DNA of 64,000 bases from contig MU053493.1 of assembly GCA_013239625.1 (NCBI GenBank), positions 186,001 to 250,000 of the forward strand, in the 5' to 3' direction. Shown here piece by piece: positions 1-12,024 of the stretch; within the stretch, counting starts at the first letter, position 1, and each line of letters opens with the position of its first letter. The notes under the pieces were generated by a model. The model was given only the letters and a program-made list of their open reading frames with translations. It did no database searches and had not been told where the DNA came from. A program made the position numbers and the translations under genes. This stretch comes from Lama guanicoe. Taxonomy: Eukaryota.

Positions 1-371
1 CAGGGAACCACTGTGCCCATTTAAATTAATTCTGTTGGTCAAGGTCTGCTCTGTACAGATTCGAGCCTTGGAGGCTGCCCCTCCACCCTGCTCGCTTCTC
101 TGTTGGAGAAGGGGAGACCCAGTGAATGAGCACTAGTCCTCCTTTGCCACTCTGTCCCCATAGGACTGGTCCCGCACTGTTTTGCCTGTTCTTCTTTCTT
201 TTCTTTTCTCCTACCAGATTTTTGGTGTCTTTGTCTTTTGAAGAGGACTGTGTTCTGTTGGAATTCTGCAGGTGCTCTGGTTGGCAGAGTGCATATGTGG
301 ATGTGAGCCTTGGTTTATTTGTGGGAAAGGGTAAGCCTCGAGTATCCTACTACTCCACCATCTTGGCCTCC
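1..371 (-). mobile_element. LINE-1 5' end / 5' UTR (element continues off the left edge)
   Basis: Minus strand begins GGAGGCCAAGATGGTGGAGTAG, the L1 5' terminus with the YY1-type AAGATGG motif. It interrupts an LTR whose paralogue is intact at 50118-50575. Confidence 0.75.
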
Positions 372-627
372 AGGAATTTCTTGGTAAACAGACATATGGG
401 ATTTTTGCTGAAAATGAGTCAGATTTATCAGATATTACCTGCTGTGGGAAGTGGAATATGAGTAACCTAATTAGATATTGAGGGTGATCAGACCTGGAGG
501 ATGAAGGCCTCATGCAAAACTCTCTCAGCAGAATTCTTGCTGAGGATTTTACAAGGGGGTACCCATATGGGCTTCAGAGAAGTTTCAAGGGTCTGATTAA
601 AGTTTGGTCAACAAACTAATCCTTTCA
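372..627 (-). mobile_element. MER67-like ERV1 LTR (partial 3' LTR of array unit A)
   Basis: Minus strand starts TGAAAGGATTAGTTTGTTGACCAAACTTTAATCAG, resembling the MER67/MER31 LTR start. Aligns by eye to 50319-50575 and 33870-34015. Confidence 0.7.
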
Positions 628-651
628 GGCCCATTCTTTGCAATATTTTTC

Positions 652-2291
652 TTAAGACAGTGACTATTTTATTCAAATCCTTCAGATAAATGGGTAGCTT
701 GGGTCTGTAATAAAGCATTGTGTTTTAAAGCATAAGTCAGTAATTGTATATGAGAATATACACAGCTACATACAAATTAACTGATCAGACCACAACTTTT
801 CAATGTCGAAAACAGAATAAGCTTCCCCATAAAGCAGCACCTTTGTGATATTTTAACTTTAGTATACCTTTCCCTCTCCTTCAAGAGAATCTACACCAAC
901 CTCATCATAATCCTTCTCAAGGTCAGCCATGACTGAGCCATGGCCTCAGAAAACTCTCCTTCTTGTATGCCCTCACTCACATACCCATGAACAAAGGCAA
1001 GCTTGGCACACATCAGGTCAGACTTCTGTTCCATGCCATCCCAGTCTTCAGCGATGGCTGTGATGTTGCTCAGCATGCACACAGCTTGCTGTACTTTGGC
1101 CAAATCTCCACCAAGTACTGTGGTGGGAGGCTGGTAATTAATGCCAACTTTGAAGCCAGTGGGGCACCGGTCCACAAACTGGATGATACACTTGGTTTGA
1201 TGGTGGCAATAGCAGTATTGACATATTTTGGAAACACGTCACCATGGTACAAGTAGCAAGCCATGTATTTACCATGGAGAGGGTCACATTTCACCATCTT
1301 GTTGGCTGGATCAATCCAAGCATTGATGACCTCTGATACAGAAAGGTGTTCATGGTAGGTTTTCTCAGCAGAGATGACAGGGGCATATGTGGCCAGAGGG
1401 AAGGGAATGTGAGGATAGGAAACCAGGTTGGTCTGGAATTCTTTCAGATCAAAATTCAGGGCTCCATCAAACCTCAGGGAAGTAATGATGGAAGATACAA
1501 CTTGACCTATCAACCTATGCAGTTTAGTGTAAGTTGGGCACTTGATATCGAGGTTTCTATGGCAGATGTCATAGATGGCCTCAATGTCTACCATGAAGGC
1601 ACAATCAGAGTGGTCCTGGGTGGTGTGGCTGGTGAGGATGGATTTGTAGTTCTCAACTACAGCTGTGGAAACCTGGGGCCTGGGTAAATGGAGAATTCCA
1701 GCTTCACCTTCTTTCCATAATTGACAGACAGACATTCCATCATCAGGGAGGTGAACCCAGAACCAGTTCCCCCACCAAAGATGTGGAAAACCTAGAAGCC
1801 CTGAAGACCTGTGCACTGGACATCCAGTTTCTGAATTTGGTCCAAAATGAGGTAAATGACTTTGTCCATGGTGTAGTGACCATGGTCATGTTTATTGGCA
1901 GCATCTTCTTTGCCTGTGATGAGCTGCTCAGGGTGGAAGTGCTGGTGGCAGGTGCCATTAAGAACTTCATCAATGAATGTGGGCTCCAGGTGTGCCAACA
2001 CTGTCCTGGGTACACGCTTGCCAGCGCCTGTTTCACTGAAGAAGTGATTGAAGGAGTCATCTCCTCCCACAGTGGTCTTGTCATTTGGCATCTGGACATT
2101 GGGCTGGATTCCGTGTTCCAGGCAGTAGAATTCCCAGCAGGCATTGCTGATCTGGACGCCAGCCTAGCCAATGTGGATGGAGATGCACTCAGGCATAGTT
2201 GATTTTAGCGGCTGCTGAACAGATGGCGGAGAGGAAGAAGAGAGGTTGTTGCTTCTTACAGCATGACTCTTAGGCAGTCTATGTAAGACAA
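652..2291 (-). pseudogene. TUBA1A: Processed alpha-tubulin (TUBA1A) pseudogene, copy 1; decayed CDS 2196->859
   Basis: Intronless. Frameshifted fragments include [55 protein letters not shown] and [15 protein letters not shown]. The 5' UTR (AGAAGCAACAACCTCTC..CCGCCATC) and 3' UTR (TAAAGTTAAAATATCACAAAGGTGCTGC..GAATAAA) are TUBA1A-type. Confidence 0.93.
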
Positions 2292-2304
2292 TTTGCTTGT
2301 AATC

Positions 2305-2894
2305 ATTTTTTTAATTGAAGTATAGTCGATATACAATGCTGTTAATTTCTGGTGTATAGCATAGTTATTCAGATATATATATTTTGTTACAGTTTATTAC
2401 AAGTTACTGCATATAGTTCCCTGTGCTATACAGTAGAAGTATATTGTTTATCTATTCTATATATAGTAGTTAATATCTACAAATCCTGAACTCCCAATTT
2501 ATCACTCCCCATCTCCTTTCGCCCTGGTAACCATAAGCTTGTTTTCTATGTTTGTGAGTCTGTCTCTGTTTTGTAATAAGTTCATTTGTGTCCTTTTGTT
2601 TTTCTTTTTGGACTCCACATATATGTGATATATCATGGTACTTTTCTTTCTCTTTCTGGCTTAGCTTCAGTTAGAATGATGATCTCTAGGTCCATCCATG
2701 TTGCTACAAATGGCATTATTTTATTCTTTTATGGCTGTGTATTATTCCATTGTATATATACCACCATTTCTTTATCCAATCATCTGTTGATGGACATTTA
2801 GCTTGCTTCCATGCCTTGGCTATTGTAGATAGTGCTTCTGTGAACATTAGAGTGCATGTGTCTTTTTCCAGTTAGAGTTCCCACCAGATATATG
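2305..2894 (-). mobile_element. 5'-truncated LINE-1 3' end (ORF2 tail + 3' UTR)
   Basis: T-rich tail followed by reverse-complement L1 3' UTR and ORF2 C-terminus (tccatccatgttgctacaaatggc, gatggacatttag). Confidence 0.85.
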
Positions 2895-3860
2895 TCAGGC
2901 CCTTTCTTGTTTAAGGAAAGTAGAGACAGGTGTTCTTCTTTCCTTTGAATAATATAAACTCAGTTCTTGTTCAGACACACTTTGTTCATTAAGGACCAGC
3001 TGAATCATCTGTTAAGACTTGTTAGTAGAGTGCATTTGCTGGAGGGAACTAGCCATCCAGCACATAATGAATAGTAGTTTCTATGAAAAGCACAGGGGGA
3101 AAAAAAGAGTAATAGTGAAAAAAAATGGAATCCAGAGGGCAGCCAATCAAGAAGATGTTGGGCTCAAAACATCTTTAGACAGTGGAGAGAGTGTAGCTGT
3201 GTCAATCCAATGGATGCACCAGATTTCAGTTTGATTGTCCATGGTGATGGCGTCAGATATTCAGGTGAACTTGCTGAGTGCCCCACACAGAAGCTGACAC
3301 AAAACTTGCCTATTCATGGTCTGTTGTCAATTACTTTAAGTTTCTGATAAATTTTCTAGCCTCAACTTGCCAGGCTTGGGAAAAGCATAGTTTTCCTTCA
3401 CAATGATTCCAAGTTATAAAGGAGAAAAATTGGAAATGCTATTCTGGAGAGTTTTAGTGAGATCTTGGAAGAAACTACAATAATCCAGGATTTGTCAAGG
3501 TCTGCCAAGATGTGCATAATCAGACCCAGAATTGTACATCATAGTTTTCTATTGAAACAAAATTTTACCTCTATTGTCACCACCTCTTCTATCAGAGAGA
3601 ATCATAGACAAATTTGTTTGCAGAATAAGTCCAGTCTCATTAAATTTAGTCTGATTATTTATGTAAGTAGAGCAAGAATATTGTTTGACCACATGGTGTC
3701 TTGATTTTGCTTTGCTGGAACTTTTCATAAGGAGCCTGAGATTAGACTTTTAAAAGCATCTGGAGGCTATGAAGCCAAGCCGAGAGTTTACACTAGATTT
3801 TGTCTACAATACCTGTCTATTGAGGTGAATTCCTCTTTTCTACACATTCCCCAAATATTC

Positions 3861-5263
3861 TTTTTTTATAGACTATTTTTTTAGGTTAGTTATATACCTG
3901 TCCATATCTACAAATCTCAAACTCCCAGTCTATCCCTTCCCATGCCCCTCTACCTTGACAAACACAAGCTTGTATTCTATATCTATGAGTCTGTTTTTGT
4001 TTTATATTTAAGTTCATTCCACTCATTTGTCTTCTAGCTCATTGGCCCGTTATTCTAAGAGCCTCATTTAGTCTATTCTTGGTTCCTTCTACTGTGTTAT
4101 TTCTTTCAGTGATTTTGTTCTTCAACTCTGGGTGTTCTTTATATTTTCCAACTCTTTGCTCAAAAACTTCACTCTGTGCCTCTTGAGATCTCTAAACATC
4201 ATCACCATCATTACTTTAAACTACTTTTCAGATAAATTGCTTATCTCCTCATCACTTGTTTCTTCTTCTGGGATTTTATCTTGTGCCTTGGCCTGGGAGA
4301 TATTCTTTTGCCACTTCTTATCATCTATCTTTGTATGTGTTTGTGGATTCCTTACACAGGCATTGGGATTGTTGTGTTGTTATTTTTGATATCTGCTCCT
4401 GGTGGATGAGGCTGGACTAGAGGCTTATGCAGGTTTCCTGGCAGGAGGAGCAAGTGCCTGCCCACTGCTGAGTGAAGCTTGGTCCTGGAACTCTGGTGGG
4501 TAGAGTCCTGTCTAGAGGCCTTTGTGGCTTAGAGAATCTGCTGATGGGTGTGGCCTTTTCCCTACCCTGTGTGTTGTTTGGCCTGAGGCTTCCCTAGAGT
4601 CTGTATGTTGGTCTCAGTCTTGGGAGTTAATGATCCAATCAAGATGTCAGCGTCCAGGAAACCTCATATAAATGAACACTCCCAGAATGTCCACCACCAG
4701 CTATTATGTCCCCAGGTGTGAGCTGCAGACATCTCTCTCATCCCCAGGAGATATATCATATCCAGCAGGCAGGTTTGGTACAGGTTCCTATGAAATCACT
4801 GCCTCTGATTTTGGACCTGGTGCATGTGAGTTTCCGTGTATGCCTCCCAAGTGGAGTCTCTGTTTCCCTCAGTTCTGTGGGGCTCACATAGCCAAGCCCC
4901 ACTGGCCTTCAAAACCATATGTCCTGTGGTCACCTTCCCTTCCCAATGCTGGGACCAGAGCTGGGGAACCTGATGGGGGGGCTTAGAACTCTCACTTTTG
5001 TAGGAGGCCCTCTGCGACTTAACAAATCTTCAGCTTCTAGGTCACCCACCTGGGGGGTATGGGGCCCAATTGTATCTTGAGCACACCCCTCCTACAATTC
5101 TTCTGTGGTTCCCTCTTTATGTTTCCAGTTGCATAAGATCTTTTTCGCTAGATTCTGTTTGTTTTTTTTTGATGGTTGTTTAAAATTCAGTTGTGGTTTT
5201 GTTGTAGTCATGAGGAGAAGCGAGCTCATGGTCCAACAGCTCTGCCATCTTGACTGGAAATCC
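3861..5263 (-). mobile_element. Internally deleted LINE-1 (5' UTR + ORF1 N-terminus joined to a 3' UTR piece)
   Basis: 5' end GGATTTCCAGTCAAGATGGC at 5263, ORF1 N-terminal sequence ~4020-4320 matching 44820-45150, 3' UTR piece 3900-4017, T tract at 3861. Degenerate TSD at 3839-3861 / 5272-5292. Confidence 0.8.
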
Positions 5264-5553
5264 TGAACTTGTCTACATTCCTCACATATTCTGAGGTTCC
5301 TGGGCCTGCCTGAAAGTGACTCTCCTTACTGACTTCTAAACTGTGAAGCCCCATAAGCCAAGTTCAGGCCAGATTTTCCAAGGGGGACTTTGTAATAATT
5401 GGGTCCTTAAAGTCAACTTTAGTTCCTTAAAGTTCTTAGGTCACATCTGGTTTGATTCATATCATTTTCAAATATGACAATCCAATCAAAGCCTTGGTAT
5501 TATAATCAATGTTTCCAATTGTGTCCTTTAGCAAGGAGAAGAGAATGTTACTG

Positions 5554-5778
5554 TGTTACCAGGGTAAGGGAATTAAGAATTACCTTAGTTCTTAGTCACC
5601 TGGAAAAAAAAAAGAATTTTTTATGAAAGACAGTGTAATATAAGCAAGATATTTTATTAGTGAATTAAAAATAATAGTGAAAGATAGTACACTCCCACAA
5701 GTTGGGAGAGGGCCAATCCAAAAGAGGAAAAATGGCACTGTTTTTTTGTTTTTCCTGTTACATCTAAGCTACCTAACA
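5554..5778 (-). repeat. 3' LTR of PBS-His provirus
   Basis: TG...CA ends; aligns to 11636-12024 with an internal deletion. Confidence 0.85.
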
Positions 5779-5999
5779 TCCCACCCTCTAGTCACAGGAC
5801 CCCAGTAATTTGGGACATAGAGGGCAATGACAGCTCTAGATATTTCCTGCTGATATGGGACATCACTGGGCCACATTGGGTCCAGACTTGCTGGCTGTCA
5901 CTGGGTAGGAGATGATCAAAATTCAGTGTCCATCGAGGGGCTTGTATAAAAGCTGTATTGGCTGATTGGTTGATTGCTTTATTGTATAGCCATTTTTTT

Positions 6000-7494
6000 T
6001 ACAAGTTTGACTTGTAGTATTGTTTGAAAAGCACAGATTGCTAAGAAGTCCACTAGAATATGTGTCTCCCATTGGTGAATCAGATCTCATCAACATTTTC
6101 AGGGGTTTGTCAGTGAAATCTGTTCTAGATTCTAGGGAGATGGATAGGGCTCATGACATAGGTGAAAGGGAAGATTCACCTGATGATAGTAATAGTGTAG
6201 CAGGATTGAATGCCCCACAAATAGAGATGGTGACATCTGAGTTTTTGAGCATTTGATTGCCAGAAATGTCCCTTGCCTTTTAAAAGATCAGAAACATGGT
6301 GGTTAGCATATGCTTTTATAGGGGCCCCCAGACTTAGCTTAAAATTTTCCTCCAGGAGAGTGGAGAGGGATCCCAACACTCAGGCAGGAAGGCCAACCTT
6401 GAGCAATGGGATCTAGCTGCTTGTAGAGTTATCCCATGGGTTGTTGGGTAGGACCCAGCCTTTGGGTGAGGATCCCCAAGGCTATTCCTTCTCTGTCATG
6501 AACATACAACTGGGAGGGCCTTGTGGGATATTGAAGCCCCAAGGCTGGAGATCTTAATAGGAGAGTTTTTAATTTTTCCATTGCTTCCTGTTGGGAAAGA
6601 TCCCACTATAGAGGTATTGAGTGATCATTCCCTTTAAACTGTCATACAGAGTTTGGGCTATGGACTAAAGCCTATAGTAACCTGTTAGTCCAATAAATGT
6701 CCTGAACTGTTTTTGAGTAGTGGGATTAGGGTGTTGTAAGATTCCCTTAATTCATTCAGGGGAAATGCTATGGTTTGTAGGAGTCAGAACAACTGCAAAT
6801 AAGTTACCTCTTGTTTGACCATTATGGCCTTGGACCTGGAAACTTTAAATCCTGACTCAGCCAAGGAATTAAGAGTTTGGTTGCATGTTGGATGGCCCGT
6901 TCTCAAGTAAGGGGGCAGATAAGTAAGTCATCTACAAACTGGAGAATAGTTCATTTTTAAAGCTGTAAGTCCTGTAAATTTTGGGCCAAATCTTCCCCAA
7001 CAAGGGGAAGACCGTCTCTAAACCCTTGTGGTAGTGCTGTCCAGGTTAGCTGGCATTGATATCCATTATGTGAGTCCCACTGAAAGACAAATAAGTATTG
7101 GGACTGGGGTATATAGAAGAAAGCATCTTTAGATCTAAAATACTGTAATACCGGGATCCTGGAGGTATGTTTTCAGTAATACACAGGGGTTTGGGAGAAC
7201 TGGATGAAGAAGCACTACAGCCTCATTTATGATTTTCAAATTTTGGACTAGTCTATAAGCCCCATCTTTCTTAATGACCAGAAGGATAGATGTGTTGTAA
7301 GATCTAGAGGAGAAAAGGGTCTGGAGATGGAAGTCAAGACTGAGTAGTTGGCCCCAGTATCCAAACAGAAAGGTATTGTCATACCTCCCATATCCATTTG
7401 TCCCCATGGCTCTAGCCCAGTGGTGAAGATCTCTTCCATTGGGGTTAACTAGAGGGGGCTTCTTTAGTCCTGGACAACCATCTGCAGGTTGCAT
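6000..7494 (-). pseudogene. pol: ERV pro-pol remnant (protease, RT, integrase pieces)
   Basis: ORFs 7248-7439 (PFCLDTGANYSVLT) and 7135-7494 (KKDGAYRLVQNLKIINEAVVLLHPVLPNP). YVDD-like FVDDLL near 6930. Confidence 0.8.
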
Positions 7495-7784
7495 GCTTGT
7501 CCTCCCCCATGGGCTGTTTGGCTTGAGGGACAGAGGGACACCAATGACCTTGCTTATTACACCAAAAGTAGGCAGATCTTAGAGGTTTGTCCTTACGGGG
7601 ACATTTCTTGGCTCATTTACAAGGTCAGTGTCAGATGTTGTATTGATCATCAGGCTTGTCTCAAGCTGCTGTGGACCAAGGATTTAGGGATTGTGGCAGG
7701 CCATGAAGGGCTGTAATCATTTGGGCATGCCTAGCCTCTCTCTTTGTTTCCTTCTCCTGAGCCTTGGCCTTTTGTACCTGATTC

Positions 7785-9760
7785 AAAAAAACAGGTTACA
7801 AAATTAATGTTCAAAAATCAGTTGCCTTTCTTTACACTAACGATAAATCAACAAAAAAAGAAAGTAAAGAAACAATCCCCTTTAAAATAGCCCCCAAAGT
7901 AATAAAATATCTGGGAATAAATCTAACCAAGGAGGCGAAAGAATTATACACAGAAAACTATAAACCATTGATGAAGGAAATTAAAGAAGACTTTAAAAAA
8001 TGGAACGATGTCCCATGCTCTTGGATTGGAAGAATCAATATTGTTAAAATGGTCACACTGCCCAAGGCAATCTACAGATTTAATGCAATCCCTATCCAAT
8101 TACCCAGGACATATTTCACAGAACTAGAACAAATCATAATAAAATTTATATGGAACCATCAAAGACCTAGAATTGCTAAAGCATTACTGAAGAGAAAGAA
8201 AGAGGCTGGAGGAATAACTCTCCCAGACTTCAGACAATACTATAGAGCTACAGTCATCAAGACAGCATGGTATTGGTACCAAAACAGACATATGGACCAA
8301 TGGAACAGAATAGAGAGCCCAGAAATGAACCCACAAACTTTTGGTCAACTCATCTTCGACAAAGGAGGCAAGAATATACAATGGAATAAAGACAGTCTCT
8401 TCAGCAAATGGTGTTGGGAAAACTGGACAGCAGCATGTAAAACAATGAAGCTAGAACACACCCTTACACCATATACAAAAATCAACTCAAAATGGATTAA
8501 AGTCTTAAACATAAGACAAGATACAATAAACCTCCTAGAAGAAAATATAGGCAAAACATTATCTGACATACATTTCAAAAATTTTCTCCTAGAAGAAATA
8601 AAAGCAAGAATAAACAAATGGGACCTAATGAAACTTACAAGCTTCTGCAGAGCAAAGGAAACCAGAAATAAAACAAGAAGAAAACCTACGGAATGGGAGA
8701 AAATTTTTGCAAGTGAAACCGACAAAGGCTTGATCTCCAAAATATATAAGCAGCTCATACGACTCAATAAGAAAAAAATAAACAACCCAATCCAAAAATG
8801 GGCAGAAGACCTAAACAAGCAATTCTCCAAGGAAGACATACAAATGATCAAAAAGCACATGAAAAAATGCTCAATATCACTAATTATCAGAGAAATGCAA
8901 ATCAAAACTACAATGAGGTATCACCTCACACCAGTCAGAATGGCCGTCATTCAAAAATCCACAAATGACAAATGCTGGAGAGGCTGTGGAGAAAGGGGAA
9001 CCCTCCTACACTGCTGGTGGGAATGCAGTTTGGTGCAGCCACTATGGAAAACAGTGTGGAGATTCCTCAAAAGACTAGGAATAGACTTACCATATGACCC
9101 AGGAATCCCACTCCTGGGCTTGTATCCAGAAGGAAATCTACTTCAGGATGACACCTGCACCCCAATGTTCATAGCAGCACTATTTACAATAGCCAAAACA
9201 TGGAAACAGCCTAAATGTCCATCAACAGGTGACTGGATAAAGAAGAGGTGGTATATTTATACAATGGAATACTACTCAGCCATAAAAACCGACAACATAA
9301 TGCCATTTGCAGCAACATGGATGCTCCTAGAGAATGTCATTCTAAGTGAAGTAAGCCAGAAAGAGAAAGAAAAATACCATATGAGATCGCTCATATGTGG
9401 AATCTAAAAAACAAAAACAAACAAACAAACAAAAACAAAGCATAAATACAGGACAGAAATAGACTCATGGACAGAGAATACAGACTTGTGGTTACCAGGG
9501 GGGTAGAGGGTGGGAAGGGATAGACTGGGATTTCAAAATTGTAGAATAGATAAACAAGATTACACTGTATAGCACAGGGAAATATACACAAAATGTTATG
9601 ATAAATCACAGAGAAAAAAATGTGACAATGAGTGTGTATATGTCCATGAATGACTGAAAAATTGTGCTGAACACTGGAATTTGACACAACACTGTAAAAT
9701 GATTATGAATCAATAAAAAATGTAAAAAAACAAACAAAGAAACAAGCAAACAAACAAACA
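7785..9760 (+). mobile_element. Young 5'-truncated LINE-1 inserted in ERV gag
   Basis: ORF2 3' third, 3' UTR, AATAAA at ~9712 and an A/CAAA tail. Confidence 0.95.
7968..9407 (+). pseudogene. Uninterrupted 479-aa C-terminal fragment of L1 ORF2p (lacks the endonuclease and RT catalytic core)
   Basis: [36 protein letters not shown] motif, WYIYTMEYY, natural ORF2 stop. Confidence 0.92.
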
Positions 9761-10187
9761 CCTGTGGCAGCAATGGTTAACATTTATCAAGAGTTACTCT
9801 GTGTTCCTGGATTGCCTTTTGGAGATTTTGTCTAATGTCAGGTGCAGATTGGATGAGAAATTTATCCTTTAAATGATGATTATATGGTAGGCAGAACAGG
9901 GAGGATGAACAATTAAGGGAGTCCCCCTCAAGGAGGTGTTTGTGACCACAAGTTGATAATAGTAACCATGGCCAAGGTTGTTATTTTGCATGTCTTTAAG
10001 AGATCATTGATGTCCCTCAGCAAATAGAAGATCTAGATATATGGTATTTTAGACCATTTGCCTTGTATTGTAGAAGAGATTAAGCTGGAGTAAGGTGGTT
10101 GAATTTATGCTTCTATTTATGGGCCATTCTATTGGCTAAGATATAGCCCAGGGGAGTACCAGCAGGGATCAACTGTTGCCTTTCCAT
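9761..10187 (-). pseudogene. gag: ERV gag N-terminal remnant (continues at 7500-7784 beyond the L1)
   Basis: ATG at 10187 followed by IPAGTPLGYILA, typical of class I MA N-termini; lies upstream of protease. Confidence 0.6.
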
Positions 10188-11610
10188 CTGAAGGGCAGGA
10201 TACTGGGGAAAGGGGTGTCTTCAGAGCTCAGGTTCCCAAGGTGAAAGCCACAGGCTATAGTCTGACGTCTCAGTCTTCTGCCTGTAGCCAGGAGTATTCT
10301 CAGGCCATTGACCAAAGAGAGATTGGTATCCCAGGATCATTGGTCTTCAGAAGGAGGACATGACCTCCTAGCCTCCTCTCTCAATGGGGAAAGTGGCTAC
10401 AGTATTACCATGAGCTGGAAGTCTCTGCAATCCAAGGAAATAGTCAGTTTTAACCCCGTGGGTTGTCAGTGACCCAGGAGCAGGAGAGCTTCTCAACTGG
10501 GATAGACAGAGACATGGGGAACAAAAACAGAGAAATGACTTAGGGCTAGAAGGTCCCTATGGAAGTTCCTTAATGGGGAAGGAAGCAGGAGAGAACATGA
10601 GCTAGAACTCCAGCATCTAAATTTTGAAAGGCAGAGAAGTTTTCTTGCCAGAAAAAGTGTCTCTTGTGGAATATGAAGCCATAAAGGAGTCAGAGACATT
10701 GCAGCTCATGATTACTGTCCACGGTGGTGTTTTCTAGAAAAGGCCAGCAGGGACAATATTACTCAAACCATATATGAAAGAGGTGGCCAAACACTTGCTT
10801 GCCAGCGAATAAGGGATACAGATTATGGTTATAAGAGATCCCAGGGCACCATAGGTTAAAATAGTGGCAACAAGGCTGTAGCCTCAGCCGCATTAGGAAA
10901 CTGAGAGTTTTCTTTTATGTCAAAGGGTAAGTTAATAATTGCCAAAGAGTGAGGCACACTTGTCAGAGCTATAGGACCTTGCAGTGATGAGTGGGTAGAA
11001 GAGTTTTAGAGATTGAAGGAGGGTGTTTTTTGGAGAACTTGATAGTAGAGCTCAGAAAGCAGAAGCAAGGATCCCCATATATAGGCTAGAGACCAGTATA
11101 TAAAGGTGTGAGTGATAAAATAATTGGTATACAGACCTGATCCGGTGTCTTGGGTCAACTGTCTATCTCAAATGTCATCTTCTTCCCTTCCTGGTTTGGT
11201 AGCTTCTCTTTTGTTTGAACATTCTTTTAATGTGGTCAGTACTCTTCTCTAGAGACCAGTCCAGTGTAAGGGTCAGAAGTGATTAGTTTACTGTGGTTCT
11301 GGAGTAAGCCTGTTTATCTCCAGCAGGAGCTCCAAGGCAGGCAGGGCTGGTGGGGGCATATGCACTGGAGAAGTGTGCATGTGGATGGGCATAGGGAAAG
11401 GCAGTGGGGGGCCTTAGTACCCTCGCACTGCAACCGGCCCAGTGCAAGGTCCCAGATGGGCCACTCACTGCCTGACTGGCTCAGCAGCACTTAAGACTCC
11501 AAGTCCTGTATCCTCTCTCCAGCCTCCACAGCTGGCCCCAGGAGCCTGGGCTCTGTTGGCCTCCGGGAGGGAGGGGAAGTGAAGGAACAAAGATTAGGTT
11601 TAAGCACACC

Positions 11611-11628
11611 ATCTGAATCATGGCACCA
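11611..11628 (-). promoter_or_regulatory. Primer-binding site, tRNA-His
   Basis: TGGTGCCATGATTCAGAT matches 15/18 to TGGTGCCGTGACTCGGAT, next to the 5' LTR. Confidence 0.8.
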
Positions 11629-11635
11629 AAATTAA

Positions 11636-12024
11636 CATTGCCAGGAAAATGGAAATAAGTATTACCTTGGTTCTTAGTCACCCCCCAAAATTTTTTTTGA
11701 CAAGAGACTAAAAGCGTGATATAAGCAACAATATTTTAGTAGTGAAGTAAAAAACAAAAGTGAAAGATAGTTCACTCCCAAAAATTGGGAGCGGGCCATT
11801 TCAAGAGAGGAAAAATGGCAATGTTCCTTTCTTTTTCCTTGTATCCTTGTTTCATGATTAATTGATTGTTTGATAACTCAGTTTCCCTGTGCTCTGGTTG
11901 ATTGACAGCTCAGGTTGCTTGTGTACTGATTAATTAGACAGCTCAAATTCCTTGCATTCTGGATTGCTCCTTTCCCCTTCCTCTCCTCCTGCCCAGTGCT
12001 CATTTCTATCAAAACTATCTAACA
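11636..12024 (-). repeat. 5' LTR of PBS-His provirus
   Basis: Homologous to 5554-5778; followed by the ACTG TSD. Confidence 0.85.

Larger units (their letters stand above)
5554..12024 (-). mobile_element. Class I (gamma-like) ERV provirus with tRNA-His PBS, deleted and degenerate
   Basis: Paired LTRs 5554-5778 (internally deleted) and 11636-12024. ACTG TSD at 5550-5553 and 12025-12028. PPT at 5779-5790. Protease LDTGANYSVL and RT YRLVQNLKIINEAV motifs present. Confidence 0.9.

Noticed and set aside
859..2196. Functional alpha-tubulin gene (also 51527-52880)
   Set aside because: Intronless, split over several frames, with substitutions at invariant residues.
8345..8905. Recurring hydrophobic ORFs starting MICISLIIS (also 22993, 35646, 62530)
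   Set aside because: Antisense shadows of the A-rich L1 ORF2, not a membrane-protein family.
7968..9407. 479-aa ORF as a host or domesticated gene
   Set aside because: It is the ORF2 tail of a young 5'-truncated L1; youth explains the open frame.
10188..11610. Pre-gag ORF in the long leader of the PBS-His provirus
   Set aside because: Only short unrelated ORFs are visible; no long frame could be supported by eye.
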